Position numbers and translations under genes: made by a program. The notes beneath the pieces are model-generated. The model had not been told where the DNA came from. It worked only from the letters and a program-made list of their open reading frames with translations, and searched no databases. From Eledone cirrhosa (taxonomy: Eukaryota), in NCBI GenBank assembly GCA_964016885.1, contig OZ024743.1, forward strand, positions 335,730,001 through 335,794,000: a stretch of 64,000 nt of DNA, written 5' to 3'. Below are positions 53,601 through 63,550 of the stretch, piece after piece (position 1 is the stretch's first letter; the number at the start of each line of letters is the position of its first letter).

Positions 53601-54700
53601 ATTGCTGGTGTCTGTGATGGTGGGGATGGTAGCTATGGTGATGTAGCTGGTAGTAACATGATTGCTATTGTTGTTATTGCTGGTGGTGTCAGTGATAGAG
53701 GGGATGGTAGCTATGGTGATGTAGCTGGTAGTAACTTGATTGCTATTGTTGTTATAGCTGGTGGTATCAGTGATGGTGGGGATGGTAGCTATGGTGATGT
53801 AGCTGGTAGTAACATGATTGCTATTGTTGTTATCGCTGGTGGTGTCAGTGATGGTGGGGATGGTAGCCATGGTGATGTAGCTGCTAGCAACATGATTGCT
53901 ATTGTTGTTATTGCTGGTGGTGTCAGTGATGGTGGGGATGGTAGCTATGGTGATGTAGCTTGTAGTAACATGATTGCTATTGTTGTTATTGCTGGTGGTG
54001 TCAGTGATTGGGGGGATGGTAGCTATGGTGATGTAGCTGGTAGTAACATGATTGCTATTGTTGTTATTGCTGGTGGTGTCAGTGATGGTGGGGATGGTAG
54101 CTATGGTGATGTAGCTGCTATCAACATGATTGCTATTGTTGTTATTGCTGGTGGTGTCAGAGATGGTGGGGATGGTAGCTATGGTGATGTAGCTGGTAGT
54201 AACATGATTGCTATTGTTGTTATTGTTGGTGGTGTCAGTAATGGTGGGGATGGTAGCTATGGTGATGTAGCTGGTCGTAACTTGATTGCTATTGTTGTTA
54301 TTGCTGGTGTTGTCAGTGATTGTGGGGATGGTAGCTATGGTGATGTAGCTGGTAGTAACATGATTGCTATTGTTGTTATTGCTGGTGGTGTCAGTGATGG
54401 AGGGGATGGTAGCTATGGTGATGTAGCTGGTAGTAACTTGATTGCTATTGTTGTTATTGCTGGTGGTGTCAGTGATGGAGAGGATGGTAGCTATGGTGAT
54501 GTAGCTGGTAGTAACATGATTGCTATTGTTGTTATTGCTGGTGGTGTCAGTGATGGTGGGGATGGTAGCTATGGTGATGTAGCTGGTAGTAACATGATTG
54601 CTATTGTTGTTATCGCTGGTGGTGTGAGTGATGGTGGGGATGGTAGCTATGGTGATATAGCTGGTAGTAACATGATTGCTATTGATGTTATCGCTGGTGG
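38700..54700. repeat. ~8-kb higher-order duplication with internal rearrangement
   Basis: Offset 7944 for ORF starts 42914/50858 and 43302/51246 and for GAGAGGATGTTAGC 44041/51985. Offset 8091 for ORF starts 38712/46803. Shared rare variants (GCTTGTGGT, AATATG, GTCACT, AGTATTGGT) occur at ~39.2-40.3 kb and ~47.2-48.1 kb. Boundaries are approximate. Confidence 0.8.
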
Positions 54701-55430
54701 TGTCAGTGATGGTGGGGATGGTAGCCATGGTGATGTAGCTGCTAGCAACATGATTGCTATTGTTGTTATTGCTGGTGGTGTCAGTGATGGTGGGGATGGT
54801 AGCTATGGTGATGTAGCTTGTAGTAACATGATTGCTATTGTTGTTATTGCTGGTGGTGTCAGTGATTGTGGGGATGGTAGCTATGGTGATGTAGCTGGTA
54901 GTAACATGATTGCTATTGTTGTTATCGCTGGTGGTGTCAGTGATTGTGGGGATGGTAGCTATGGTGATGTAGCTGGTAGTAACATGATTGCTATTGTTGT
55001 TATTGCTGGTCGTGTCAGTGATGGTGGGGATGGTAGCTATGGTGATGTAGCTGGTAGTAACATGATTGCTATTGTTGTTATTGCTGGTGGTGTCAGTGAT
55101 TGTGGGGATGGTAGCTATGGTGATGTAGCTGGTAGTAACATGATTGCTATTGTTGTTATTGCTGATGGTGTCAGTGATGGTGGGGATGGTAGCTATGGTG
55201 ATGTAGCTTGTAGTAACATGATTGCTATTGTTGTTATTGCTGGTGTCTGTGATGGTGGGGATGGTAGCTATGGTGATGTAGCTGGTAGTAACATGATTGC
55301 TATTGTTGTTATTGCTGGTGGTGTCAGTGATAGAGGGGATGGTAGCTATGGTGATGTAGCTGGTAGTAACTTGATTGCTATTGTTGTTATAGCTGGTGGT
55401 ATCAGTGATGGTGGGGATGGTAGCTATGGT
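52170..55430. repeat. Tandem duplication of a 21-monomer block (offset 1635 bp)
   Basis: GGTCGTAAC at 52638/54273 (1635 = 21x78-3). The GCTATCAAC, ATTGATGTTATC and GGTCGTGTC variants also recur in the same order. Confidence 0.85.
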
Positions 55431-58400
55431 GATGTAGCTGCTAGCAACATGATTGCTATTGTTGTTATTGCTGGTGGTGTCAGTGATGGTGGGGATGGTA
55501 GCTATGGTGATGTAGCTGGTAGTAACTTGATTGCTATCTTTGTTATTGCTGGTGGTGTCAGTGATGGTGGGGATGGTATCTATGGTGATGTAGCTGGTAG
55601 TAACTTGATTGCTATTGTTGTTATTGCTGGTGGTGTCAGTGATAGAGGTGATGGTAGCTATGGTGATGTAGCTGGTAGTAACTTGATTGCTATTGTTGTT
55701 ATTGCTGGTGGTGTCAGTGATGGTGGGGATGGTAGCTATGGTGATGTAGCTGGTAGTAACTTGATTGCTATCGTTGTTATTGCTGGTGGTGTCAGTGATG
55801 GTGGGGATGGTAGCTATGGTGATGTAGCTGGTAGTAACTTGATTGCTATTTTGTTGTTATTGCTGGTGGTGTCAGTGATGGAGGGGATGGTAGCTATGGT
55901 GATGTAGCTGGTAGTAACTTGATTGCTATTGTTGTTATTGCTGGTGGTGTCAGTGATGGTGGGGATGGTAGCTATGGTGATGTAGCTGGTAGTAACATGA
56001 TTGCTATTGTTGTTATTGCTGGTGGTGTCAGTGATGGTGAGGATGGTAGCTATGGTGATGTAGCTTGTAGTAACATGATTGCTATTGTTGTTATTGCTGG
56101 TGGTGTCAGTGATTGTGGGGATGGTAGCTATGGTGATGTAGCTGGTAGTAACATGATGCTATTGTTGTTATTGCTGGTGGTGTCAGTGATGGTGGGGATG
56201 GTAGCTATGGTGATGTAGCAGGTAGTAACATGATTGCTATTTTGTTATTGCTGGTGGTGTCAGTGATTGTGGGGATGGTAAATATGGTGATGTAGCTGGT
56301 AGTAACATGATTGCTATTGTTGTTATTGCTGGTGGTGTCAGTGATGGTGGGGATGGTAGCTATGGTGATGTAGCTGGTAGTAACATGATTGCAATTGTTG
56401 TTATTGCTGGTGGTATCGGTGATGGTGGGGATGGTAGCTATGGTGATGTAGCTGCTAGCAACATGATTGCTATTGTTGTTATTGCTGGTGGTGTCAGTGA
56501 TGGTGGGGATGGTAGCTATGGTGATGTAGCTACTAGCAACATGATTGCTATTGTTGTTAATGCTGGTGTCTGTGATGGTGGGGATGGTAGCTATGGTGAT
56601 GTAGCTGCTAGTAACATGATTGCTATTGTTGTTATTGCTGGTGGTGTCAGTGATGGTGGGGATGGTAGCTATGGTGATGTAGCTGCTAGCAACATGATTG
56701 CTATTGTTGTTATTGCTGGTGTCTGTGATGGTGGGGATTGTAGCTATGGTGATGTAGCTGCTAGTAACATGATTGCTATTGTTGTTATTGCTGGTGGTGT
56801 CAGTGTTGGTGGGGATGGTAGATATGGTGATGTAGCTGGTAGTAACATGATTGCTATTGTTGTTATTGCTGGTGTCTGTGATGGTGGGGATGGTAGCTAT
56901 GGTGATGTAGCTGGTAGTAACATGATTGCTATTGTTGTTATAGCTGGTGGTGTCAGTGATGGTGGGGATGGTAGCTATGGTGATGTAGCTGCTAGCAACA
57001 TGATTGCTATTGTTGTTATTGCTGGTGGTGTCAGTGATGGTGGGGATGGTAGCTATGGTTATGTAGCTGCTAGCAACATGATTGCTATTGTTGTTATTGC
57101 TGGTGGTGTCAGTGATAGTGGGGATGGTAGCTATGGTGATGTAGCTGCTAGCAACATGATTGCTATTGTTGTTATTGCTGGTGGTGTCAGTGATGGTGGG
57201 GATGGTAGCTATGGTGATGTAGCTGCTAGCAACATGATTGCTACTGTTGTTATTGCTGGTGGTGTCAGTGATGGTGGGGATGGTAGCTATGGTGATGTAG
57301 CTGGTAGTAACATGATTGATATTGTTGTTATTGCTGGTGGTGTCAGTGATGGTGGGGATTGTAGCTATGGTGATGTAGCTGCTAGTAACATGATTGCTAT
57401 TGTTGTTATTGCTTGTGGTGTCAGTGATGGTGGGGATTGTAGCTATGGTGATGTAGCTGCTAGTAACATGATTGCTATTGTTGTTATTGCTGGTGGTGTC
57501 AGTGATGGTGGGGATGGTAGCTATGGTGATGTAGCTGCTAGCAACATGATTGCTATTGTTGTTATTGCTGGTGGTGTCAGTGATGGTGGGGATGGTAGCT
57601 ATGGTGATGTAGCTGGTAGTAACATGATTGATATTGTTGTTATTGCTGGTGTCTGTGATGGTTGGGATGGTAGCTATGGTGATGTAGCTGGTAGTAACAT
57701 GATTGCTATTGTTGTTATTGCTGGTGTCAGTGATGATGGGGATGGTAGCTATGGTGATGTAGCTGCTAGCAACATGATTGCTATTGTTGTTATTGCTGGT
57801 GGTGTCAGTGATGGTGGGGATGGTAGCTATGGTGATGTAGCTGCTAGCAACATGATTGCTATTGTTGTTATTGCTGGTGGTGTCAGTGATGGTGGGGATG
57901 GTAGCTATGGCGATGTAGCTGGTAGTAACATGATTGCTATTGTTGTTATTGCTGGTGGTGTCAGTAATGGTGGGGATGGTAGCTATGGTGATGTAGCTGG
58001 TAGTAACTTGATTGCTATTGTTGTTATTGCTGGTGTTGTCAGTGATTGTGGGGATGGTAGCTATGGTGATGTAGCTGGTAGTAACATGATTGCTATTGTT
58101 GTTATTGCTGGTGGTGTCAGTGGTGGTGGGGATGGTAGCTATGGTGATGTAGCTGGTAGTAACTTGATTGCTATTGTTGTTATTGCTGGTGGTGTCAGTG
58201 GTGGTGGGGATGGTAGCTATGGTGATGTAGCTGGTAGCAGCATGATTGCTATTGTTGTTATTGCTGGTGGTGTCAGTGATGGTGGGGATGGTAGCTATGG
58301 TGATGTAGCTGGTAATAACTTGATTGCTATTGCTGTTATTGCTGGTGGTGTCAGTGATGGTGGGGATGGTAGCTATGGTGATGTAGCTGGTAGCAGCATG

Positions 58401-61400
58401 ATTGCTATTGTTGTTATTGCTGGTGGTGTCAGTGATGGTGAGGATGGTAGCTATGGTGATGTAGCTGTTAGCAGCATGATTGCTATTGTTGTTATTGTTG
58501 GTGGTGTCAGTGATGGTGGGGATGGTAGCTATGGTGATGTAGCTGGCAGTAACATGATTGCTATTGTTGTTATTGCTGGTGGTGTCAGTGATGTTGGGGA
58601 TGGTAGCTATGGTGATGTATCTGGTAGTAACATGATTGCTATTGTTGTTATTGCTGGTGGTGTCAGTGATGGTGGGGTTGGTAGCTATGGTGATGTAGCT
58701 GGTAGTAACATGATTGCTATTGTTGTTATTGCTGGTGGTGTCAGTGATGGTGGGGATGGTAGCCATGGTGATGTAGCTGGTAGTAACATGATTGCTATTG
58801 TTGTTATTGCTGGTGGTGTCAGTGATGGTGGTGATGGTAGCTATGGTGATGTAGCTGCTAGCAACATGATTGCTATTGTTGTTATTGCTGGTGGTGTCAG
58901 TGATGGTGGGGATGGTAGCTATGGTGATGTAGCTGCTAGCAACATGATTGCTATTGTTGTTATTGCTGGTGGTGTCAGTGATGGTGGGGATGGTAGCTAT
59001 GGTGATGTAGCTGGTATTAACATGATTGCTATTGTTGTTATTGCTGGTGGTGTCAGTTTTTGTGGGGATGGTAGCTATGGTGATGTAGCTGGTAGTAACA
59101 TGATTGCTATTGTTGTTATTGCTGGTGGTGTCAGTGATGGTGGGGATGGTAGCTATGGTGATGTAGCTGCTAGCAACATGATTGCTATGGTTGTTATTGC
59201 TGGTGGTGTCAGTGATGGTGGGGATGGTAGCTATGGTGATGTAGCTGGTAGTAACATGATTGCTATGGTTGTTATTGCTGGTGGTGTCAGTGATGGTGGG
59301 GATGGTAGCTATGGTGATGTAGCTGGTAGTAACATGATTGCTATTGTTGTTATTGCTGGTGGTGTCAGTGATGGTGGGGATGGTAGCTATGGTGATGTAG
59401 CTGCTAGCAACATGATTGCTATTGTTGTTATTGCTGGTGGTGTCAGTGATGGTGGGGATGGTAGCTATGGTGATGTAGCTGGTATTAACATGATTGCTAT
59501 TGTTGTTATTGCTGGTGTTGTCAGTGATGGTGGGGATGGTAGCTATGGTGATGTAGCTGGTAGTAACATGATTGCTATTGTTGTTATTGCTGGTGGTGTC
59601 AGTGATGGTGGGGATGGTAGCTATGGTGATGTAGCTGCTAGCAACATGATTGCTATGGTTGTTATTGCTGGTGGTGTCAGTGATGGTGGGGATGGTAGCT
59701 ATGGTGATGTAGCTGGTAGTAACATGATTGCTATGGTTGTTATTGCTGGTGGTGTCAGTGATGGTGGGGATGGTAGCTATGGTGATGTAGCTGGTAGTAA
59801 CATGATTGCTATTGTTGTTATTGCTGGTGGTGTCAGTAATGGTGGGGATGGTAGCTATGGTGATGTTTGCTGGTAGTAACTTGATTGCTATTGTTGTTAT
59901 TGCTGGTGGTGTTAGTGATGGTGGGGATGGTAGCTATGGTGATGTAGCTGGTAGTAACTTGATTGCTATTGTTGTTATTGCTGGTGGTGTCAGTGATGGT
60001 GGGGATGGTAGCTATGGTGATGTAGCTGGTAGTAACATGATTGCTATTGTTGTTATTGCTGGTGGTGTCAGTGATGGTGGGGATGGTAGCCATGGTGATG
60101 TAGCTGGTAGTAACATGATTGCTATTGTTGTTATTGCTGGTGGTGTCAGTGATGGTGGTGATGGTAGCTATGGTGATGTAGCTGCTAGCAACATGATTGC
60201 TATTGTTGTTATTGCTGGTGGTGTCAGTGATGGTGGGGATGGTAGCTATGGTGATGTAGCTGCTAGCAACATGATTGCTATTGTTGTTATTGCTGGTGGT
60301 GTCAGTGATGGTGGGGATGGTAGCTATGGTGATGTAGCTGCTAGCAACATGATTGCTATTGTTGTTATTGCTGGTGGTGTCAGTGATGGTGGGGATGGTA
60401 GCTATGGTGATGTAGCTGGTAGTAACATGATTGCTATTGTTGTTATTGCTGGTGGTGTCAGTGATGGTGGGGATGGTAGCTATGGTGATGTAGCTGCTAG
60501 CAACATGATTGCTATGGTTGTTATTGCTGGTGGTGTCAGTGATGGTGGGGATGGTAGCTATGGTGATGTAGCTGGTAGTAACATGATTGCTATGGTTGTT
60601 ATTGCTGGTGGTGTCAGTGATGGTGGGGATGGTAGCTATGGTGATGTAGCTGGTAGTAACATGATTGCTATTGTTGTTATTGCTGGTGGTGTCAGTGATG
60701 GTGGGGATGGTAGCTATGGTGATGTAGCTGCTAGCAACATGATTGCTATTGTTGTTATTGCTGGTGGTGTCAGTGATGGTGGGGATGGTAGCTATGATGA
60801 TGTAGCTGCTAGCAACATGATTGCTATGGTTGTTATTGCTGGTGGTGTCAGTGATGGTGGGGATGGTAGCTATGGTGATGTAGCTGGTAGTAACATGATT
60901 GCTATTGTTGTTATTGCTGGTGGTGTCAGTGATGGTGGGGATGGTAGCTATGGTGATGTAGCTGCTAGCAACATGATTGCTATTATTGTTATTGCTGGTG
61001 GTGTCAGTGATGGTGGGGATGGTAGCTATGATGATGTAGCTGCTAGCAACATGATTGCTATTGTTGTTGGTGATATTTATTGAAATGTTTGTCACTACGT
61101 GAGCTAAGTTCTTGTGACATGTAGCGAACTGTTGCGTTGTTGCTTTCTGCTCTCTGTCTCGCTGAGTATGTCTATATCACTTTGTTAATGAGTGGCTCAC
61201 TTTTGTGGGCTTACGTTGCTGTTCCTCCCGTAATTAGTGTTCTTTGCCCTGGAGAACCTTATTCATACAACGGGTCTAAAATTATCTGACTGATAAAATT
61301 TACAGGTCAGTCAATCATATTGGTGGCCTCCTCACAGCCCCGGCTGACAGAATAGAGAAGGCGTTTACCCAGAGGACAGCAAGGGAGGAAACAACCATAT

Positions 61401-61695
61401 GATCACATGTCCTCCATGGGTGGCAGACTTTATTCCTCACCTGATTTAACATCGTCGCCTGGCCTTGTGCATACTTTCTGTAGTGTCTACTTTGTTGCAA
61501 GTATTCGCACCGGATAGCCGGTTTTAAAATATCTTCCCCCTTTTCTACCTCAAGTCTTGGATGCCTTGAAAGGGGTTGTGAGCACTGACCTCCTGGCTAG
61601 TGAGCAAAAATAACAAAAACAAAAAGTTTATTCACCGTCTATTTGTTTTCAAGTCAACACCCTCTCCCTTCATATACATTCATTTTAAAGGCCAG

Positions 61696-61858
61696 CTTCA
61701 GCCAATGATCTTCGGCCATGCTGGGGCACATACCATGAACGGTTGTTCAGTCAATCATATAGACCTAGGGGCGTATTTTAGTCTGCTACTTATTTTATTG
61801 GTCACTGTGTCGAATCGCCAGATAACAGGACATAAAAGGTTACAACAACATAAACACA
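61696..61858 (-). mobile_element. Decayed SINE 3'/central-domain fragment, resembling cephalopod SINEs
   Basis: The minus strand reads ...AATAAAATAAGTAGCAG...CTAGGTCTATATGATTGACTGAA...GTGCCCCAGCATGGCCGAAG. This resembles the ATAAGTACCAG...GGGGTCGAT...CGACT...GCTCCAGCATGGCCGCAG motif I recall from octopus SINEs. Recall only, no search was run. Confidence 0.5.
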
Positions 61859-61962
61859 TTTTTTATAGACTGGAGTAAACATAACCATCAATAAACAGAA
61901 CACATGTTCTTTCTAAGACATCTGTAATTTGATAGAAGTCGGTTGCTACTCCTAGTAAGGAA

Positions 61963-62060
61963 GGCACGTTGCCCGGTGGTTAGAGAATTGGATTCGCAAT
62001 TGTGAAGTTGCGAGTTCGATTCCTTGATCAAAAGACTATTTCACGTAGCTCTTTCTGCTA
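61963..62060 (+). mobile_element. tRNA-derived SINE head with Pol III A and B boxes (decayed)
   Basis: A-box-like TTGCCCGGTGG (61969-61979) followed by TTAGAG, and B box GTTCGATTC (62014-62022) at tRNA-like spacing. There is no acceptor stem, so it is not a functional tRNA. Confidence 0.7.
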
Positions 62061-62229
62061 TGAGTTGCAACCGGTAGATAGAATCAGCAATGGAAATGCC
62101 AATGGAAAATTGTTTCCTTGGTCCGACTTGACGATGTCCACCCCATTCGGTAAGCGAATGAGGTCTGGGATTTTGTCGATCGACTTCTTTTCCTTTCCTA
62201 GTAGGATGAGTGACATCGCAGAATATCTT

Positions 62230-62392
62230 AATTACTGTTATTTTTATTGCGGCTACTATTGCTTTTCATGTGTCTTTATTGGTGTTGCCAATTTATTATC
62301 AGATGTAGACATAGATGTTATAGTTGATGGCACTATATTTACGGTTTTCGTATTACAATTGTTGTTGTTATATTATTAGATGTTACTTTTAC
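62230..62392. repeat. AT-rich low-complexity / decayed trinucleotide microsatellite
   Basis: Cryptic triplet runs such as TACTGTTATTTTTATTGC, GATGTTATAGTTGATGGC and ATTGTTGTTGTTATATTATT. Confidence 0.55.
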
Positions 62393-62397
62393 TAATA

Positions 62398-62461
62398 GAC
62401 ATAGAATGGCTGAATGGTTAGGAAGTTTGCTTCACAGCCATACTATTTAGGGTTCGGTCCC
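62398..62461 (+). mobile_element. Second tRNA-derived SINE head (truncated right after the B box)
   Basis: A-box-like TGGCTGAATGG (62407-62417) followed by TTAGG, and B-box-like GGTTCGGTCCC (62451-62461). It shares the GGCTG...TTGCTTCA..CAT...TTC..TCC layout with the copy at 63404. Confidence 0.6.
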
Positions 62462-62650
62462 GTTTCCTCTTTGTACCGGTCTCCGTCAAAACCTCTGGAA
62501 TCCTTAATCCTCACACTGCTGATTTCCTCCGTAAAATCGGAAATGCGGTGGCCTGCTTTAAGAAGGAACTCCGTAAGGTGGGGTGCCTAAGCAGCGGGAG
62601 TCTTTCGCTATTCTCCGCGTAATGCCTTTACCATTTTCTGTATGGGGCGC
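62461..62650 (+). mobile_element. 3' ORF remnant of an RLE-class (CRE-like) non-LTR retrotransposon, frameshifted
   Basis: Hand translation from 62461 gives RFLFVPVSVKTSGILNPHTADFLRKIGNAVACFKKELRKVGC, then after a frameshift KQRESFAILR, then after another NAFTIFCMG. This matches the C-terminal signature F.PVAVET.G.....FL..IG......E.R....QR.S.AI.RGNA..I of CRE-type restriction-like endonuclease domains. A pyrimidine/T-rich tail follows to ~62775. Confidence 0.7.
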
Positions 62651-62834
62651 GACTGAAGTACCGCTCAGACTAGAGTGTTTTGTATGTCCCTTTCCCTTTT
62701 GTTCATTGCTTGATTCTTTTTCTTCCTTTCGTTTCCTCTTTCTCTTCCCTTTAATAGTGTTTTTGTTTTTCTATAAACAGCTTTGAAAATAAGATACCTC
62801 GTGCCTTGTTACTTGACAATTAGCACCAAAAACA

Positions 62835-63025
62835 AAAGATATTTCACTTTAACCGTAATCCAGTAAGTGAAATTGGATAGACGGAAAGCACATTAGATGG
62901 AATGAAACTGTAATTTAAAGGGCCAGCCTTATTACACGCAGTCACTCTGAATTTCCCTGATATTTACGTTAAGGGAACAAATATCTGAAGAACACCCAAC
63001 CACATACATGATACTTTAACGAGTA
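62835..63025 (+). mobile_element. Decayed SINE body fragment, possibly the same family as 61963
   Basis: TATTTCAC occurs at both ~62037 and ~62840. The segment CTGTAATTTAAAGGGCCAGCCTT...CTGAATTTCCCTGA...TACGTTAAGGG resembles an octopus SINE body I recall; unverified. Confidence 0.4.
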
Positions 63026-63403
63026 TATCATGTTTTAAGGAAACTAACAAAGAATAATTTTTCTTCATTAACAGTAACATTTCCTATTAGTCTATCCTCT
63101 ATCCAGAGACAATCAGGTAAAATTGCTGCACAGATTTTACGGGCAAAACAAACAGGTAGGAAAACAACGGGTAAGACCCCGACAAGTTGGTAGAATAATA
63201 TTCATGAGCTCGGCTAGTCTCGCTTGGGGATCCAGGCTGAGACGGTTGCTTCTGACAGGTCCCGCGAAAATGCTTGTTTGAAGACTCTTTATGTTTAGAC
63301 TTTCAACTCTGTTTGAGCAAACTTATGATAAAAAAAAGATTCATTCTCTGACCATCCTATATTTTGCCCAGTCTAGTATATGCCAGATCCCATAATCTAA
63401 TGT

Positions 63404-63550
63404 GGACACAGGTAAGGCTGTGATTGCTTCAAAATCATGAGGGTGCAGATTCAATCCTCTGTGTGGTATATTGGGCAAGTGTCGAGTAAGTGTCTTTACC
63501 ATTGTCTTAGGTCATCTGATGTCTGTCTTAGAGAATTTGAGGGTACGGAT
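63404..63550 (+). mobile_element. Decayed tRNA-derived SINE copy, same family as 62398
   Basis: Reads GGACACAGGTAAGGCTGTGA-TTGCTTCAAAATCATGAGGGTGCAGATTCAATCC (degenerate B box), then TGTGTGGTATATTGGGCAAGTGTC. There is a short internal duplication GGGCAAGTGTC/GAGTAAGTGTC at 63473-63494. Confidence 0.55.

Larger units (their letters stand above)
1..61068. repeat. 78-bp tandem satellite array, about 780 monomers, continuing beyond the left window edge
   Basis: Head-to-tail copies of the 78-bp consensus are visible throughout, e.g. ATG at 73, 151, 229 and 307 (spacing 78). Most monomers differ from consensus by 0-3 bases. The last partial unit ATGATTGCTATTGTTGTT is at 61051-61068. Consensus composition by hand count is G29 T29 A14 C6, with no CpG. 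Confidence 0.99.

Noticed and set aside
1-61068. CRISPR array or other repeat-spacer system
   Set aside because: Units are wholly repeated with no unique spacers, and there is no leader or cas-like ORF in the flank.
1-61068. Telomeric repeat tract
   Set aside because: The strand is G/T-rich but there is no short-period TTAGGG-type repeat; the period is 78 bp.
73-61083. Plus-strand ORFs as a giant RTX/adhesin or multi-pass membrane protein (GGDGS resembles GGxGxD; MIAIVVIA is hydrophobic)
   Set aside because: The RTX Asp position is Tyr, the hydrophobic run is only 8 residues, there are no unique domains, and stops and frameshifts are copied by duplication. The ORFs follow from RNY composition.
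61287-61760. 14-bp direct repeat TCAGTCAATCATAT (61307-61320 and 61747-61760) and inverted TGACTGA/TCAGTCA (61287-61313)
   Set aside because: It could be a target-site duplication, but the second copy lies inside a SINE-like fragment and the enclosed DNA has no recognisable element ends. Support is insufficient.
61315-61878. Short ORFs 61315-61500 (-) and 61600-61878 (+)
   Set aside because: They have non-ATG starts and no recognisable motif, and the second overlaps a SINE remnant.
61963-62035. Functional tRNA gene
   Set aside because: A and B boxes are present but I could not form acceptor or anticodon stems. It is better explained as a SINE head.
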